A stretch of DNA of 64,000 nt from the human T2T-CHM13v2.0 reference genome, Homo sapiens. Made by a program: the position numbers and the translations under genes. How positions within the stretch are numbered: position 1 is the first letter of the stretch; each line of letters opens with the position of its first letter. Location: the NCBI RefSeq assembly GCF_009914755.1, contig NC_060927.1. One strand, given 5' to 3'. Of the stretch, positions 43,031-57,116 are shown piece by piece. The notes under the pieces were generated by a model, which was given only the letters and a program-made list of their open reading frames with translations, searched no databases and was not told where the DNA came from.

Positions 43031-44148
43031 TTTCCCTCTCTCTCAAATTCTCTAAATCCAACATTCAAAATAAAATATGCCAGGAAAATGAAAAAGCTAA
43101 GTCTCAAAACAATAAATATGCCACATCCAGCTGCTACAAAAGCAGCATACCACACAACCATGTGGGTAAAAATGCTGATTTTTTTTCCTCCTTAACTTTG
43201 TTGATTGTGTACATACAGTCATGCTTATTTCTCTGTCAAAAGCTAACTTGTACTATATTTAGAGCTGTCCATATTCTATATCTTATTTTAGGCACATCTC
43301 TTCCTCTTTCTCGCTCAACCTCAAAAGAGCCATTAACCAAGAACAAATGATATATGCGGATTAAGAATAAGCTATTTCCAGTCTCAGTGACCACAAAGGT
43401 CTCCTCCATCAGATCTGTTGCTGAATCAAAGAGCCAGGAATATATTTTTTTCATTATCCGCTGCTAAATTCTGGTGACACTCTTCCCTCTTTTGTTTAAC
43501 TATTTTCATTCCACACTGTGGGCCTTTTTCCTTCAACAGAGACTATAAAGAAAAACTCTCTTTTGAAAGGCTGGACACCACTGTACCCAGAACAATAAAT
43601 GCCACATCATGCATTCATTCTAATGATAATCTTTGTTATTTGAGAAAAGGGGATCGTGTATTTGCATCCCACCAGCAGGCTGAGGCTATGGAATCTCAAA
43701 AGAAAGCAAATAGCAAAAGAGAAAGTCGCCTCAGGGTTTTGTGACAAGTTTCCATTCTGGTTCCTTCCATTTACAGTTTCATCAGTTTGTGAGAAAGGTG
43801 AACGATAGACATTTAATCAAAATAAAATGTATGGCAAGGGTTATAAAGCCAAGCTATTATCGTGGTGACACCTTACAGTAGTGGAGGCGATGATTCTGAT
43901 GGCAAAGGCAACATAGAGAATCAAAAAATGAACTTGTATGAATCATGTCTTTATGACACTAATGGCTTACTTTCCTCGTCATCACAGTTTTTTTCCACGG
44001 ATGAGGAGGAAATCAGAGCCATAAATCCACTGAGTCATTTTCTGTTCCTTCAAGTTCATGATAAAGTTGTCAAACTGTGAGACAGATTGAACTCTTTCCA
44101 GAGGTACCTTCTGTGGTGGATGTTTATTTTTCCATTTTCTTGTCACAG

Positions 44149-44208
44149 GCCATCACAACTGGTGTGCTTCTACTGTTGGCTTACAGAGAGTGGACCCAGA
44201 GGTACCTG
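44149..44208 (+). CDS. TMEM212: TMEM212 coding exon 2 (AITTGVLLLLAYREWTQRYL, 20 codons)
   Basis: Acceptor TTTTCTTGTCACAG|, donor CTG|GTAAAT, phase 0/0, in frame with exons 1 and 3. Confidence 0.92.
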
Positions 44209-44368
44209 GTAAATATACCGATGCCAAGTAGGATGGTAGAGAGGCTTTGAAGGTCAAATCACTACTAAGTTCAGGATGGAACATAAAAAATATGATTTCC
44301 AATTAGAATTGAATTTGGTCTAATTGATGCCTTACTACAATGGATTTCAGAAATAAACTCTGTTTTAA

Positions 44369-44668
<300 letters not shown>

Positions 44669-44994
44669 TGAATAATTTTTATCTGATCCCTGCTCCAAAT
44701 ATTTTCTACAAGTTCCTGTGATCATTATTGTATTTGGGGAGGACAGAGCCTGTGTTAGTGCTCCTAAATTTCATTTTGAAGAAATGGATCTATAGGCTTC
44801 TCTGCTTTTAGTAACATATTTTTAATTCTCAGCTCCTTAATCTGGGATCTCCTTCCAATCTTCTTGGTACCTCTCCTTCTAAAAAAGGATGAAAAGTCTA
44901 TGCTATCTTGCATTTCAACTGCATAAAACCAGATAATCCCATGATACAAAAAGACTACATTATCTGATTATAAATTTTATTGCCATGGCTAACA

Positions 44995-45165
44995 CAGGGC
45001 TTCTCAAACTTTAATGTACATGTAAATCAACTAGAGATCTGGTTAAAATGCAGATTCTGATTCAGTAGATCTGGGTGAGGCCTGAGATTCTGCATGTCTG
45101 CCAAGCTCCCAGGGGATATCAGTGCTACTGAATGATGGACCACATCCTGAGTAGCTGAGTAGCAA
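44995..45165. mobile_element. MER5A-like hAT MITE
   Basis: CAGGGCTTCTCAAACTTT...AAAATGCAGATTCTGATTCAGTAG...GGACCACA. Confidence 0.75.
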
Positions 45166-45333
45166 GAACCTTGAGCAGGGATTTTGTTCACTCATCTTTG
45201 TTTTTCCCAACCCAGACTAGTTGCTTCCATGTGATGGGAAACACATAAATAAACGTTTGTTGAATTGAACTAATTTAAATTTTGCCCCAGTTGGCTGATA
45301 TATTATTCTCCTCTGGTGTAGATTGAAAATGAA

Positions 45334-45503
45334 AGGCGGCAGGAGGGAGAGCATCAGGAAGAATAGCTAATGGGTGCTGGGCTTAATACCTACGTGATAG
45401 GTTGATCTGTGCAGCAAATCGCTGTGGCACATGTTAACCTATGTGACAAACCTGCACATCTTGCACATGTATCCCGGTACTTAAAAAGTGAAAAAAAAAA
45501 AAA
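45334..45503 (+). mobile_element. Short 5'-truncated L1P 3' end
   Basis: GGAGGGAGAGCATCAGGAAGAATAGCTAATG...AACCTGCACATC, A-tail, TSD GAAAATGAA. Confidence 0.8.
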
Positions 45504-45636
45504 GAAAATGAATATACAAGGGACATTTTTAAGGGAAAATGAAAATATAAAGAGAGAGTCGTGATTGATTTCTCCCTCATTTTCCAATAGGAGAGATTCA
45601 TAGCCAGCATCTCTTTTATTTTCTTCATATTGCTAA

Positions 45637-46134
<498 letters not shown>

Positions 46135-47493
46135 TGATATCCAGGTCTGGCACATAATAGGTACTGAATAATTGTTTTTGAATTAATAAATGGAAATATG
46201 TTGACATTATAACTGAAGTTATGGCCGTAGGTAGCACCAGCCAATTTTTATGTCAATCCACAATTTTGAAAATTATTCATAGGAACAAGACAAGGGTGCC
46301 CACTCTCATTACTTCTATTCAACATAGTACTGGAAGTTCTAGCCAGAGCAATTAGGCAAGAAAAAGAAATTTTAAAAATCCAAATCAGAAAGAAAGAAGC
46401 AAAATTGACTCTGTTTGCAGATGACATGACCTTATATATATATACCCTAAAGACTCCATAAAAACAATGTTAGAACTGATAAATTCAGTAAAGCTGCAGG
46501 ATGCAAGTTCAACATACAAAAATCAGCTGTGTTTCTACACACTAACAACAAACAATCCTATTTACAACATCATCAAAAAGAATAAAATACTTAAGATAAA
46601 TTTAACCAAGAATGTGAAAGATCTGTATACTAAAAACTACAAAATATTAATGAAAGAAATTGAACACACAAATAAATAAAAAGGTATCCCATAATCATAA
46701 ATCAGGAGAATTAATGTTGTTAAAATGTCCATTCTACTCAAAGCGATCTATAGACTCAGGGCAATTCCTATCAAAAGTTCAATGGCATTTTTCACAGAAA
46801 TAGAACACATAATCTTAAATGTGCATAGATCTACAAAAGACCACACATAGCCAAAGCGATCTTGAGAAAGAACAAAGCTGGAGACATCACAGTTCCTGAT
46901 TTTAAACTATATTACAAAGCTACAGCAATCAAAACAGTAAGGCACTAGCATAAAAACAGACAATAGACCAATGGAACAGGACATAGAGCTCAGAAATAAA
47001 CCCACATGTGAATGTTTGTCCTAAAATAAATTGGCTTTGTTGTTCAAGAAAAAGGGATATTTAGGACAAAACAGAAAGTCTAAGCATGTTGTGAATAGTC
47101 TATGTAAGTCATAATAACGTTAGTAAAAAGAAATTTTTTTTAAAAAAGGGGTTGTGTAATTCAGTTGGCTATGATTAAGAAGAAATCATAATAGTCTTTC
47201 TAGAGACAGGTCTTTAATATTAAAAAATACACTAATACAAAACTAGTTAAAACAAGATTTTATTACAAATATTGACTTATTTTTAATGCAAGAAGTTTTT
47301 AATTTTTAAATTCTATGACCTATCTCTTTGACATTCTTCAGATTGATACCTCAAAAATTCAGCTCTTTCTCTTTGAAAAGGCCTTGGATAATAGCTCTCT
47401 CCTTCACCTTTTGATGGTTCCTGTAACTTTTATTAATTATCTAAAGTAGGAAAGGGAATTGCTTTTTAAACAAGCAAATAAAATATCCTTTGA

Positions 47494-47640
47494 GGCTGGG
47501 CATGGTAGCTCATACCTGTAATCCTAGCACTTTGGGAGGCTGATACAGGCAGGTCACTTGAGGTCAGGAGTTCAAAACCAGCCTGGCCAGCACGGTGAAA
47601 CCCCATCTCTACTAAAAATACACAAAAAAATTAGCCAGGT
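47494..47640 (+). mobile_element. 3'-truncated AluS (left arm plus linker only, no tail)
   Basis: Alu sequence stops abruptly at TTAGCCAGGT. Confidence 0.85.
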
Positions 47641-48825
47641 ATTTCCATTTATTAATTAAAAAACAATTATTGAGTACCTATTATGTGCCAGACCTGGATA
47701 TCAAAAGCATAAAGGATACAGTGGTAATCAAGTAGCTTTTTAAAAGTTACTTGATTAGAGCTCTTTCATGCAGTTTGGTAGTGAAATATTTCCACATGAC
47801 ACATAAAAGCACACAGATATAATAGGCATGCAGAATAAAAGTGCCCATTGGACTGGTATAAGTTAGCTCAGATGTCGTTTAATTCCCATAATCTTAGTAA
47901 TCTGTGATAAAATTAATTTGGTAAATTTAATCTCAAAACTCTCTCCAGTAATTTAAAATCTTAAAGTCATGTTAAACCCTTGGTTTTTATTTTCACTGGA
48001 AATTTGGATTATTAAAAGTTAAAATAGTGGGAGCATAAAATACATTTTTGGTAAAGTTTATGAAACACAAAGATGTTGATTTTGCTTTAAAAAAGGAAAA
48101 TAGTTTTTTTCCTCTAGTTAAAAACTATTTAATGGTTGCTTTAAAATGAAGGAAAAAGTATACAAATAAAACTAAATAAAGGGAACAATTAGGCCAGTGC
48201 AACAAAAGTTAACTCTGAGCCCTGTGATTACCAAAAAAAATAGTCAATATGGGGGAAGGCTAAAACCAAGTAACCATTAAAAAGCAGAATGTATAATGTA
48301 AGGGAATTGTTCCATTTCATAGATTGGTATCATCAGCTTCTTAAAAAATCTTTACTATAGTGAATTGTAAAAATAACCACTTTAAGGACAAAATTCTTAA
48401 ATTTAAATGCTACAGAATTTAAGAGCTTGTTTGGGTTCATGCAAGACTCACAGCTCACTACTAATCTCTAATAAGTATATGCAATCCAAATGCATAGGAG
48501 GTTATTCCTAAGAGAACAATCAGCCTAGTAAACTGGATAAGTGACACTGTAAGTGCTGCTTGCCCTGAGAAGAGGACTGCCCAACTCTCCCTATAAAATA
48601 CCAAATGAACCACCCCAGGTGAAGCAGTTAATATCCTTCATATGCAAGCCATATTGGACTGGCTTTATGATGACTGGGATATCCTCCCAACAAATACACC
48701 CATTAGCCAGGTCATGGTAAATTTGGGAGCTAAGTGGACCCCTTTTACATGGGTGCCCCTCCCACAGAATCATAGGACTATTTAAGAAGCCTTATCAAAT
48801 TTGCTGTCTCTCATATGTCTTACAG

Positions 48826-48867
48826 ATGCAACTCCCTGCTGGGAACCCAAACCCTTTTTCACCATAA
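48826..48867 (+). CDS. TMEM212: TMEM212 coding exon 4 (MQLPAGNPNPFSP*); exon continues to 48870
   Basis: Acceptor ATGTCTTACAG|, TAA at 48865-48867, donor AAG|GTAAAA at 48871; brings the total to 194 aa and matches the recalled human C-terminus. Confidence 0.85.
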   Translation: MQLPAGNPNPFSP

Positions 48868-50151
48868 AAGGTAAAATGGTCTGGGGATAGAAAAGGCCTG
48901 GGACCAGAATATAAAAGCACACAGATTAATAGAATTATAAAATTTAAGATGTTTAAACAAGCTTTATATAAGGTAGTTGAACTCCTTTACCTAAATGTCT
49001 TATTAAAATGGGTACTGCATCTGACTGGGATGTTTCCCCTTTCTAGTACTATGAAGCTGAAGGCATGTAAATCTGCTCTTTTAGGAAATGTTAATTAAAC
49101 ATGCTAAATGGGAACTAGTAAAATCACCTAAGCCCACAAAGTATAGGGTAGTACCTGGAGTGCTAGTCTAGATGAATTAGTCACTGCATAGCCCTTTGTG
49201 TGGAGCATTCATCGGGGCTGAATGGCAAAAGACTGTGAGTGTTTTTCTATAACAACAACTGAACTAGAGAATTTCCACTTGATGGGGCATTTACTGCCTT
49301 GTTATAGAATATTAACTGAAGCTACCTCTATGCTAATGGAAATAATGGTGCCCAAAAGAGTTCCATGATAAAATAAAAATGGTTTACATAAAAAAAAAAC
49401 TCACACACATGGAATCAAGTAATATTTGACAAGGGTGTCAGGAATGCATAATGAGGAATAATAGCCTTTTTAATAAATGGTGTTAGGAAAACTGGATATC
49501 TACATGCAAAAGAATGAACTACAACCCCGATCTGAGGCCAGTCACAGAAATTAACTTAAAATGGATTAAAGATTTAAATGTAAGACCTAAAGCTGTAAAA
49601 CTACTGAAAGAAAACATAGGGATAAAGCTCCATTGACATTTGTCTTAGCACTGCTTTTTTTGGATATGACATGAAAAGCACATGCTACCAAAGCAGAAAT
49701 AAACAGTGGGACTACATCAAACTAAAAAGCTTCTGCACAGCAAAGAAAACAATCAACAAAATGAAAAAGCAGCTTACAGAATTTTCAAACCATATACAGG
49801 ACAAGGGATTAATATCCAAAATATATAAGGAACTCATACAACTCAACAGCAAGAAATAAATAATCTGATTTTAAAATGGGCAAATGACCTGCGTAGACAT
49901 TTTTTCAAAGAAGACATACAGGTGGCCAACAGGTACATGAAAAGGTGTTGAGAAGCTCTTTAACATTACAAATTATTAGGGAAATGCAAATCAAAACCAC
50001 AATGAAATATCACTTCACACCTGTTAAAATGACTATTATCAACCGGGTAAGAGATAACAAGTGTTGGTGAGGATGTGGAGAAAAGGGAATCCTTGTGCAC
50101 CATTGGTGGGAATATAAATTGGCATAGCCATTATTGAAAACAGCATGGAGG

Positions 50152-51471
50152 TACTGCCCAAGGTAATTTATAGATTCAATGCCATCCCATCAAGCTACCA
50201 ATGACCAATGACTTTCTTCACAGAATTGGAAAAAACTAAAGTTCATATGGGACCAAAAAAGAGCCCGCATACCCAAGACAATCCTAAGCAAAAAGAACAA
50301 AGCTGGAGGCATCACACTACCTGACTTCAAACTATTCTACAAGGCTACAGTTACCAAAACAGCATGGTACTGGTACCAAAACAGATATATAGACCAATGG
50401 AACAGAACAGAGGCCTCAGAAATAACACCACACATATACAACCATCTGATCTTTGACAAACCTGACAAAAACAAGAAATGGGGAAAGGATTCCCTTTTTA
50501 ATAAATGGTGCTGGGAAAACTGGTTAGCCATATGTAGAAAGCTGAAACTGGATCCCTTCCTTACACCTTATATAAAAATTAACTCAAGATGGATTAAAGA
50601 CTTAAATGTAAGACCTAAAACCATAAAAACCCTAGAAGAAAACCTAGGCAATACCATTCAGGACATAGGCATGGGCAAAGACTTCATGACTAAAACACCA
50701 AAAGCAATGGCAACAAAAGCCAAAATAGACAAATCGTATCTAATTAAACTAAAGGGCTTCTGCATGGCAAAAGAAACTATCATCAGAGTGAACAGGCAAC
50801 CTACAGAATGGGAGAAAATTTTTTCAATCTACCCATCTGACAAACAGCTAATATCCAGAATCTACAAAGAACTTAAACAAATTTACAAGAAAAAAACAAA
50901 CAACCACATCAAAAAGTAGGCAAAGGACATGGACACTTCTCAAAAGAAGACATTTATGAAGCCAACAGACACACATAATCCCAAATCATGCTACTATAAA
51001 GACACATGCACACGTATGTTTATTGCGGCACTATTCACAATAGTAAAGACTTGGAACCAACCCAAATATCCATCAATGATAGATTGGATTAAGAAAATGT
51101 GGCACATATACACCATGGAATACTACGCAGCCATAAAAAAGGATGAGTTCATGTCCTTTGCAGGGACATAGATGAAGCTGGAAACCATCATTCTCCGCAA
51201 ACTGTCACAAGGACAGAAAACCAAACACCACATGTTCTCACTCATAGGTGGGAATTGAACAATGGGAACACTTGGACACAGGGTGGGGAACATCACACAC
51301 TGGGGCCTTTCAGTGGGTGGGAGGCTGGGGGAGGGATAGCATTAGGAGAAATTCCTAATGTAGATGATGAGTTGATGGGTGTGGCAAACCAACATGGCAC
51401 ATATATACCTATGCAACAAACCTGCATGTTGTGCACATGTACCCTAGAACTTAGAGTATAATAAAAAAAAA
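50152..51471 (+). mobile_element. 5'-truncated L1PA nested in the older L1
   Basis: L1PA ORF2 end and 3'UTR with an internal deletion near 50970; TSD GAAAACAG(CA/TG)TGGAGG at 50136-50151 and 51472-51487. Confidence 0.9.
50224..51471 (+). other. TMEM212: Probable TMEM212 terminal 3'UTR exon, entirely L1PA-derived
   Basis: Acceptor ACTTTCTTCACAG| at 50223; AATAAA at 51460-51465; exon 4 carries a donor, so a downstream exon is expected. Exon usage is inferred. Confidence 0.5.
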
Positions 51472-52386
51472 GAAAACAGTGTGGAGGCTCCTCCAAAAAT
51501 TAAAAATAGAAATACTACATATCCAGCAATGCTACTTCTGGGTATATAACTGAGGAAAACAAAAACATATGCCAAGGCGACATCTGCACTCTCATGTTCA
51601 CTGCAGTATTATCCACAATAGACAAGACATGGAGACAATCCAAGTGTTCATCCACAGATGAACAGATAAAGAAAATACACACAATGAAATACTACTCAGC
51701 CTTAAAAACATGAGGAAATCATGCCATTTGCAACAACATGGATGAAACTTGAGGGGATTATGCTAAGTGAAATAAGTCAGACAGAGAAGGATAAATACTG
51801 TATTATCTCACTTACATGTGGAATCTTAAAAAGTTAAACTCATAGAAATAGAGAGTAGTATGGTTGTTGCCAAGGCTGAGGGGTGAAGGAAACGGAGAGA
51901 AATTGGTCAATGGGTACAAATTTTCTGTTATAAGTTGAGTAAGTTCTAGGAATCTAATGTACAGCATGATGACTATTTAACAGCAATGTATTGTACACTT
52001 GAAATTTGCTAAGAGAGTAGATCTTAAATGTTCTCACCACACACACCACAAGAGGTAAATATGTGAGGTCTCGGATGTGTTAACTGACTTGACTGTGATA
52101 AACATTTCACATTTCATATATATACACATAATCATCACAATATACACTTATAATTTATATAACATTATTTGTCAAATATACCTCATTAAAGCTGGAATAA
52201 AATAAAATACATTTTTAACATAAAGTGATAAGAAACACTGAACTTTTTATGAATAATGAATCTGCATCCCTTTACCTGATTCTAAGTTTAAGAGGTCATG
52301 AGAATATAGTATTTTTTCCCCTGGGAAGACATATGCTAAGATAAACCAACTTTGAATTTTTGAATTTTATTTTATTTTACTTATTC

Positions 52387-52690
52387 TTTTTTTTTTTTTT
52401 TTTTTTGAGACCGGGTCTCGCTCTGTCACCAAGGCTGGATGGAGTGCAATAGCATGATCTCAGCTCACTGCAACTTCTGCCTCTTGTGCTGAAGTGATCC
52501 TCCCACTTCAGCCTCCTGAGTAACTGAGACCATAGGTGTGAGCCACCATGTCCAACTAATTTTTTTTATCTTTTGTAGAGACAAGGTTTCACCACGTTGC
52601 TCAGGCTGGTCTTGAACTCCTGGGCTCAAGTCATCTGCCCGCTTCAGCCTCCCAGACTATTGGGATTGCAGGCATAAGCCACCTCATCAG
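52387..52690 (-). mobile_element. AluJ
   Basis: Poly-T plus diverged antisense Alu. Confidence 0.85.
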
Positions 52691-55600
52691 GTCAAACCTT
52701 GAATTTTAACCCTAAACATCTGCATAATGCTTTGCAATGTTATTTTGCAGTTTACAATGTAGGATTGAATTTGACAATTTGCTTTATTTTATCTAATTAA
52801 ATTTTACACAATAAAAAGTACTAATAGAGACAAAGACTAAGAACTTTTTGAGGAAATTGATGGAATAATATATTTAATATTTTTAATAGTTGAATACAGA
52901 TACCTTAAATTGGCTTCTAACCCACAATTCAGATGCACTGTGGCTTGAAAATACATAGAAGAAATTCTCCCAGTGTTTCCATTCCTACCCCAACAAAGAG
53001 GTTGAAGTACCCCAACATCAAGTTCAGCTTTCTAACTTTTTCCAGAAGGGCTAATAATACCACTAATGATATGATAGTAATAGAGGCTTACTATGTGTCA
53101 GTGTACTTCCCTACTCTACGGTTAAAGTGCATGGCTCTGGCCTCCAGGAGAGTTGGAGTAGGGCCTCTGGGAGAAGAGCAGAAGTGACCTGATTCTAAAC
53201 TCCTACAGCTGATGCTGATCCTTCGTGGGTTGAACAGCTTCCCTTTGGAAAGAGATACTTCCCACTGCAAACTCTCATGCTGGCTTTATGATTTAGATTA
53301 GTATCATATTGGGGTCAAATGAATTTGGATAGTGTTAGCCAATTTTTTTTTCAGGTTGATACTATCCACCCCAACCAGCAAAGCTGGAATACAAAAATTT
53401 GGCACTCTTGATGCCTTTTGTGGTCAGTTCTGTCCTCTTCAACTTCTACGCAAGTCTGCAAAGGAAATCCTGTGCGTTCTTAGGAACAGAGTTGATTTTA
53501 CAAGGAGGCCTGCCAAGAGTTGAGGGAAGCAAACCAAAATCACCTCCCCCACTGTACTGCCAGGGCATCTGGAAGTTTAGTATTTGAGATTTCTTCCTTG
53601 TGGCAAACGTCCATACTTTCTGGAGCCCTTTGCTAAAAGGAATGCATGCCTAGAAGCACCACACATTTCTGAAGTGCTGGCAGTCACGACCCCTCAACAT
53701 GGGCCGTTCATCAGACATCTGGCTGTCACCTTAGGCATAACACAGAGGTTTAATGTGGGACGGAGGGGAGGGAGAAAGGGAAAAAATATATGAGGGGCTT
53801 GGTAAGTCACCTCCATGAAGATTCAACAGTGAGGCCACCTGAAGTGCCTGGGGAGAGAGAAATGAATTGAAAACAGAGATGAGCTGGGTTCAAAAGCAAG
53901 CTTCTCCAGCTTTAGAGTTTAGCCTTTCCCATCTTGCTCAGGACACAACTTCTTAGTGTGTGCCTTCTCAGCTGGGTACAGGGCCAACGAAACTATATTT
54001 CTTAGAGTAGACCAGTGATGTCAAAATCATACAGGGTTCTTGTGAAGCCAGATTTCTGGGTGCCATCTAACCCCTATTATGTCAGAAACTCTAGAGTCGG
54101 AGGCACAGAGTGTGCGTTTTTAACACATACCCCAAGAAATCTGATGGCCAGTGAAGTTTAAGAATCATACTGTATTTTGCAAAAGATTCTCCTCCTAGCA
54201 CAAGATTCTCTTAGTGTCACTTCTTGACAGTCTCAGTTTCCCCAATCTGCATAAAATGCAACACTAATTTGGGTGAGAGTTCTAGGTAAATTTAATAAGC
54301 AACATTTCCTTGGGGAGTGTTTTTGGATGAGTTGACACCATAATGGCGGCAGATCGTGTTTCATTAGTGAGGATGCGTGGCTGACGTAACAGGACACGAT
54401 GTTCTGTATTATTAAATACACCACTGCGCCAAGCCCAAGAGGCACGCACACAGCCTGAGCAAACCTTTGCTACCATGTAGAAATCTCTGCTATATTAGGC
54501 ACAATTTCCAGCAGTGAAATAAGTATATTGTTTACTAAAATTTCAGAAAATGCACAACTTTCTTAAAAGGAAAAGCAGATGATTTGTCCAAATACAGAAT
54601 TCTACATAATGATTCTATATTTCATTTACCCCCACACAGTTATGTTGTTAGATTCCCCACATGCAGAAAGTGATAAGCAATATCCTAAACATTTCATTAA
54701 AAATTATAATACAAAATATGTTACTATTCATTCACAATTCTTTTTTCTTATATAAGCAAAACATCGACAGTGTATTAAAAAGCTGCACTTTTAAGTGTCA
54801 CCCTGAAAATTAACATTTTTAATGTAAATTTTGTGCATATCAGAAAATTCAAGAGTCATGAAAGTTTGTAAACAAAAGTGATGGTTTACAAAAAGATTTG
54901 GAAAAGTGGTCATTTTGTATTTGTACTGTCATGAACTGTGGAACAAAGTCAACTATTGTTTTTAAGATCCATACGTATCAGTCAATATTATAATGAAAAA
55001 TATTCACTTCTAAGAGTTTTTTTCTATACGTTGAAAAATATGTTTTCAGAAATGAATCAAGCACCCCCTAAGGAACCACCACATCCATTATTTCTTTCCT
55101 CCCTGTGTTGCCTTGTTTCGGTAGAATCCAGGTCATCTTGTTAAAGTTCACACAGTGAAGGTGTGTGAATGTTCTGTCAATTGGTACCCAACCACAACCA
55201 CAGAGAGAAATGCTTGAAAGAGACATGAAAGGTTTGATGACTTTGATAAACACAAAGGGGCGTGTGAGTCCTTGCGACTGTCCAAGGCCTCACAGGAAGG
55301 GGTGGGGGCTGAGAAAGGAATAACAGCCACCTGCTCAGAAGGCTCCATGCAGAATGTTGAAGTGACTCTGTCAGCTCCAAGACCCAGCATAGGGGGCAAA
55401 CACGCATAACACAGAGTTTAAGTCGAGGAACGAAAATGCAAAACAACCATAGCCGGAATTGTCTACATTCTTCATCCAATAAGTAATAAAGTGATGGGAA
55501 AGGAAAGAATTGGGATGCCAGACACAATGCAGCTGTCCCCTGCGGCTACTCAGCCCCTCCTCCACGGAATGGAATGGCCCTGTTTGTTTTCCTTTCATTA

Positions 55601-56803
55601 TTCGGTGTTGTGTTTTGTGTCTTTTTTAATGAAAGGGGGAAAGAAAATATTTCCTTCTCGTCATGTGATACAGTGGTTTTACTTTTTTCAATGAACTGAG
55701 AAATATTTGCTTCACATAAGAGATGTAGTTAAACCTTGAAATGCAATCCCAAAACATACGGAGGCAGAATATTTGTCAGTGGAGGACCCTCTCCCGCCCA
55801 ACAGAAGACAAATGAGCAGCATCATGCTGGCCCCAAATCTTCCAAGGGACTTACACTGGATCATTGCAATATGAATGTGCTTTGAAATGAATTCATCTAT
55901 GACTCTCACCCTAAAGGTCTGGGGCCTCAGTTTCGGCTATAGTAATGTCTTTCTGATGCTCTTGGAACTAATCCCCCTTTCGTAGATCCAATTAGAACTC
56001 ATGCAGGACCAGAGAACAATAATAACTCATTGTATTTCTTCCTCACAAATTGTGTTAGGAAGTCTCCTCACATTGGTCAGTAGAGAAATCAGAAGCTGGA
56101 AAAAGAATCACAATGCAGGGCATTACTACTTCTGTTTCTCTGACATAATAACAGTGACATAAAACTGGATAAAAGAGGAATTGTAGGTGTCATTTATTGG
56201 GCAGCTACTGTTTGTCAGGTGCTGTACCTCTTTTATTCCTCACATCACTCCAAAGTTCACTATGCCCATTTCACAGATGAGGGCACTGAGACAGCCATGT
56301 AGAACTAAGAATTCAGTCTCAGGTCTCACAAAGTCTGGGGTGCAGGCTCCCGGCTGCTGGACTGTGTCACCTCCTTTAGGTAGTATATCAGCAGTCCCAT
56401 GTGAGTCCCACCTACTGACCTGGCATCGTCATGCTTCTCTTGGAAAATCTTTCTTACGTTGCTCACAAACAAAAACTAACATTCATATTTTAGAAATGAA
56501 GGCTATTTTTCCAGGATATTTGCATTTCATTTAATCACTGGGACCACACCAAGGGTGATAGCAACTTGCTGAGAGAGGAAATCATACTGAAGTGTTTATT
56601 GTAATGTATTAAAGTAAGTTTGATATTTTGTCAAAGAGGGAGTGGTAGGTGGGGAGGGGTCAGGATCCTGAGAACTGCTTTTTGTATTTTTTACTTTATA
56701 AATTATCATGAGGCTTAACATATTTTCCTCTTGACATGCAGTCAATTTACCCTTTTAATATAACATATTGTAGTGGGTTTTTTCCTTTGCTTCCCCATCT
56801 TAA

Positions 56804-57116
<313 letters not shown>

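Larger units (their letters stand above)
47008..49399 (+). mobile_element. LTR-less ERV internal fragment (ERV-L-like gag-pro-pol remnants), A-tailed
   Basis: Non-L1 block interrupting the L1; decayed motifs resembling ERV-L gag (~48560-48720), protease (AAACATGCTAAATGGGAA, AKW-like) and the RT/RNase H region (TTACTGCCTTGTTAT, LLxCY-like); ends in AATAAA (49372-49377) and A10. Confidence 0.55.
46280..52205 (+). mobile_element. Old L1 (L1MA-like) ORF2 and 3'UTR; host element for nested insertions
   Basis: Colinear ORF2 motifs at 46280-47007 (GGAACAAGACAAGGGTGCC, LFADDM), 49400-50151 and 51472-52205. Confidence 0.85.

Noticed and set aside
49671-51461. ORF2-like peptides
   Set aside because: Frameshifted, 5'-truncated L1 remnants that are not retrotransposition-competent
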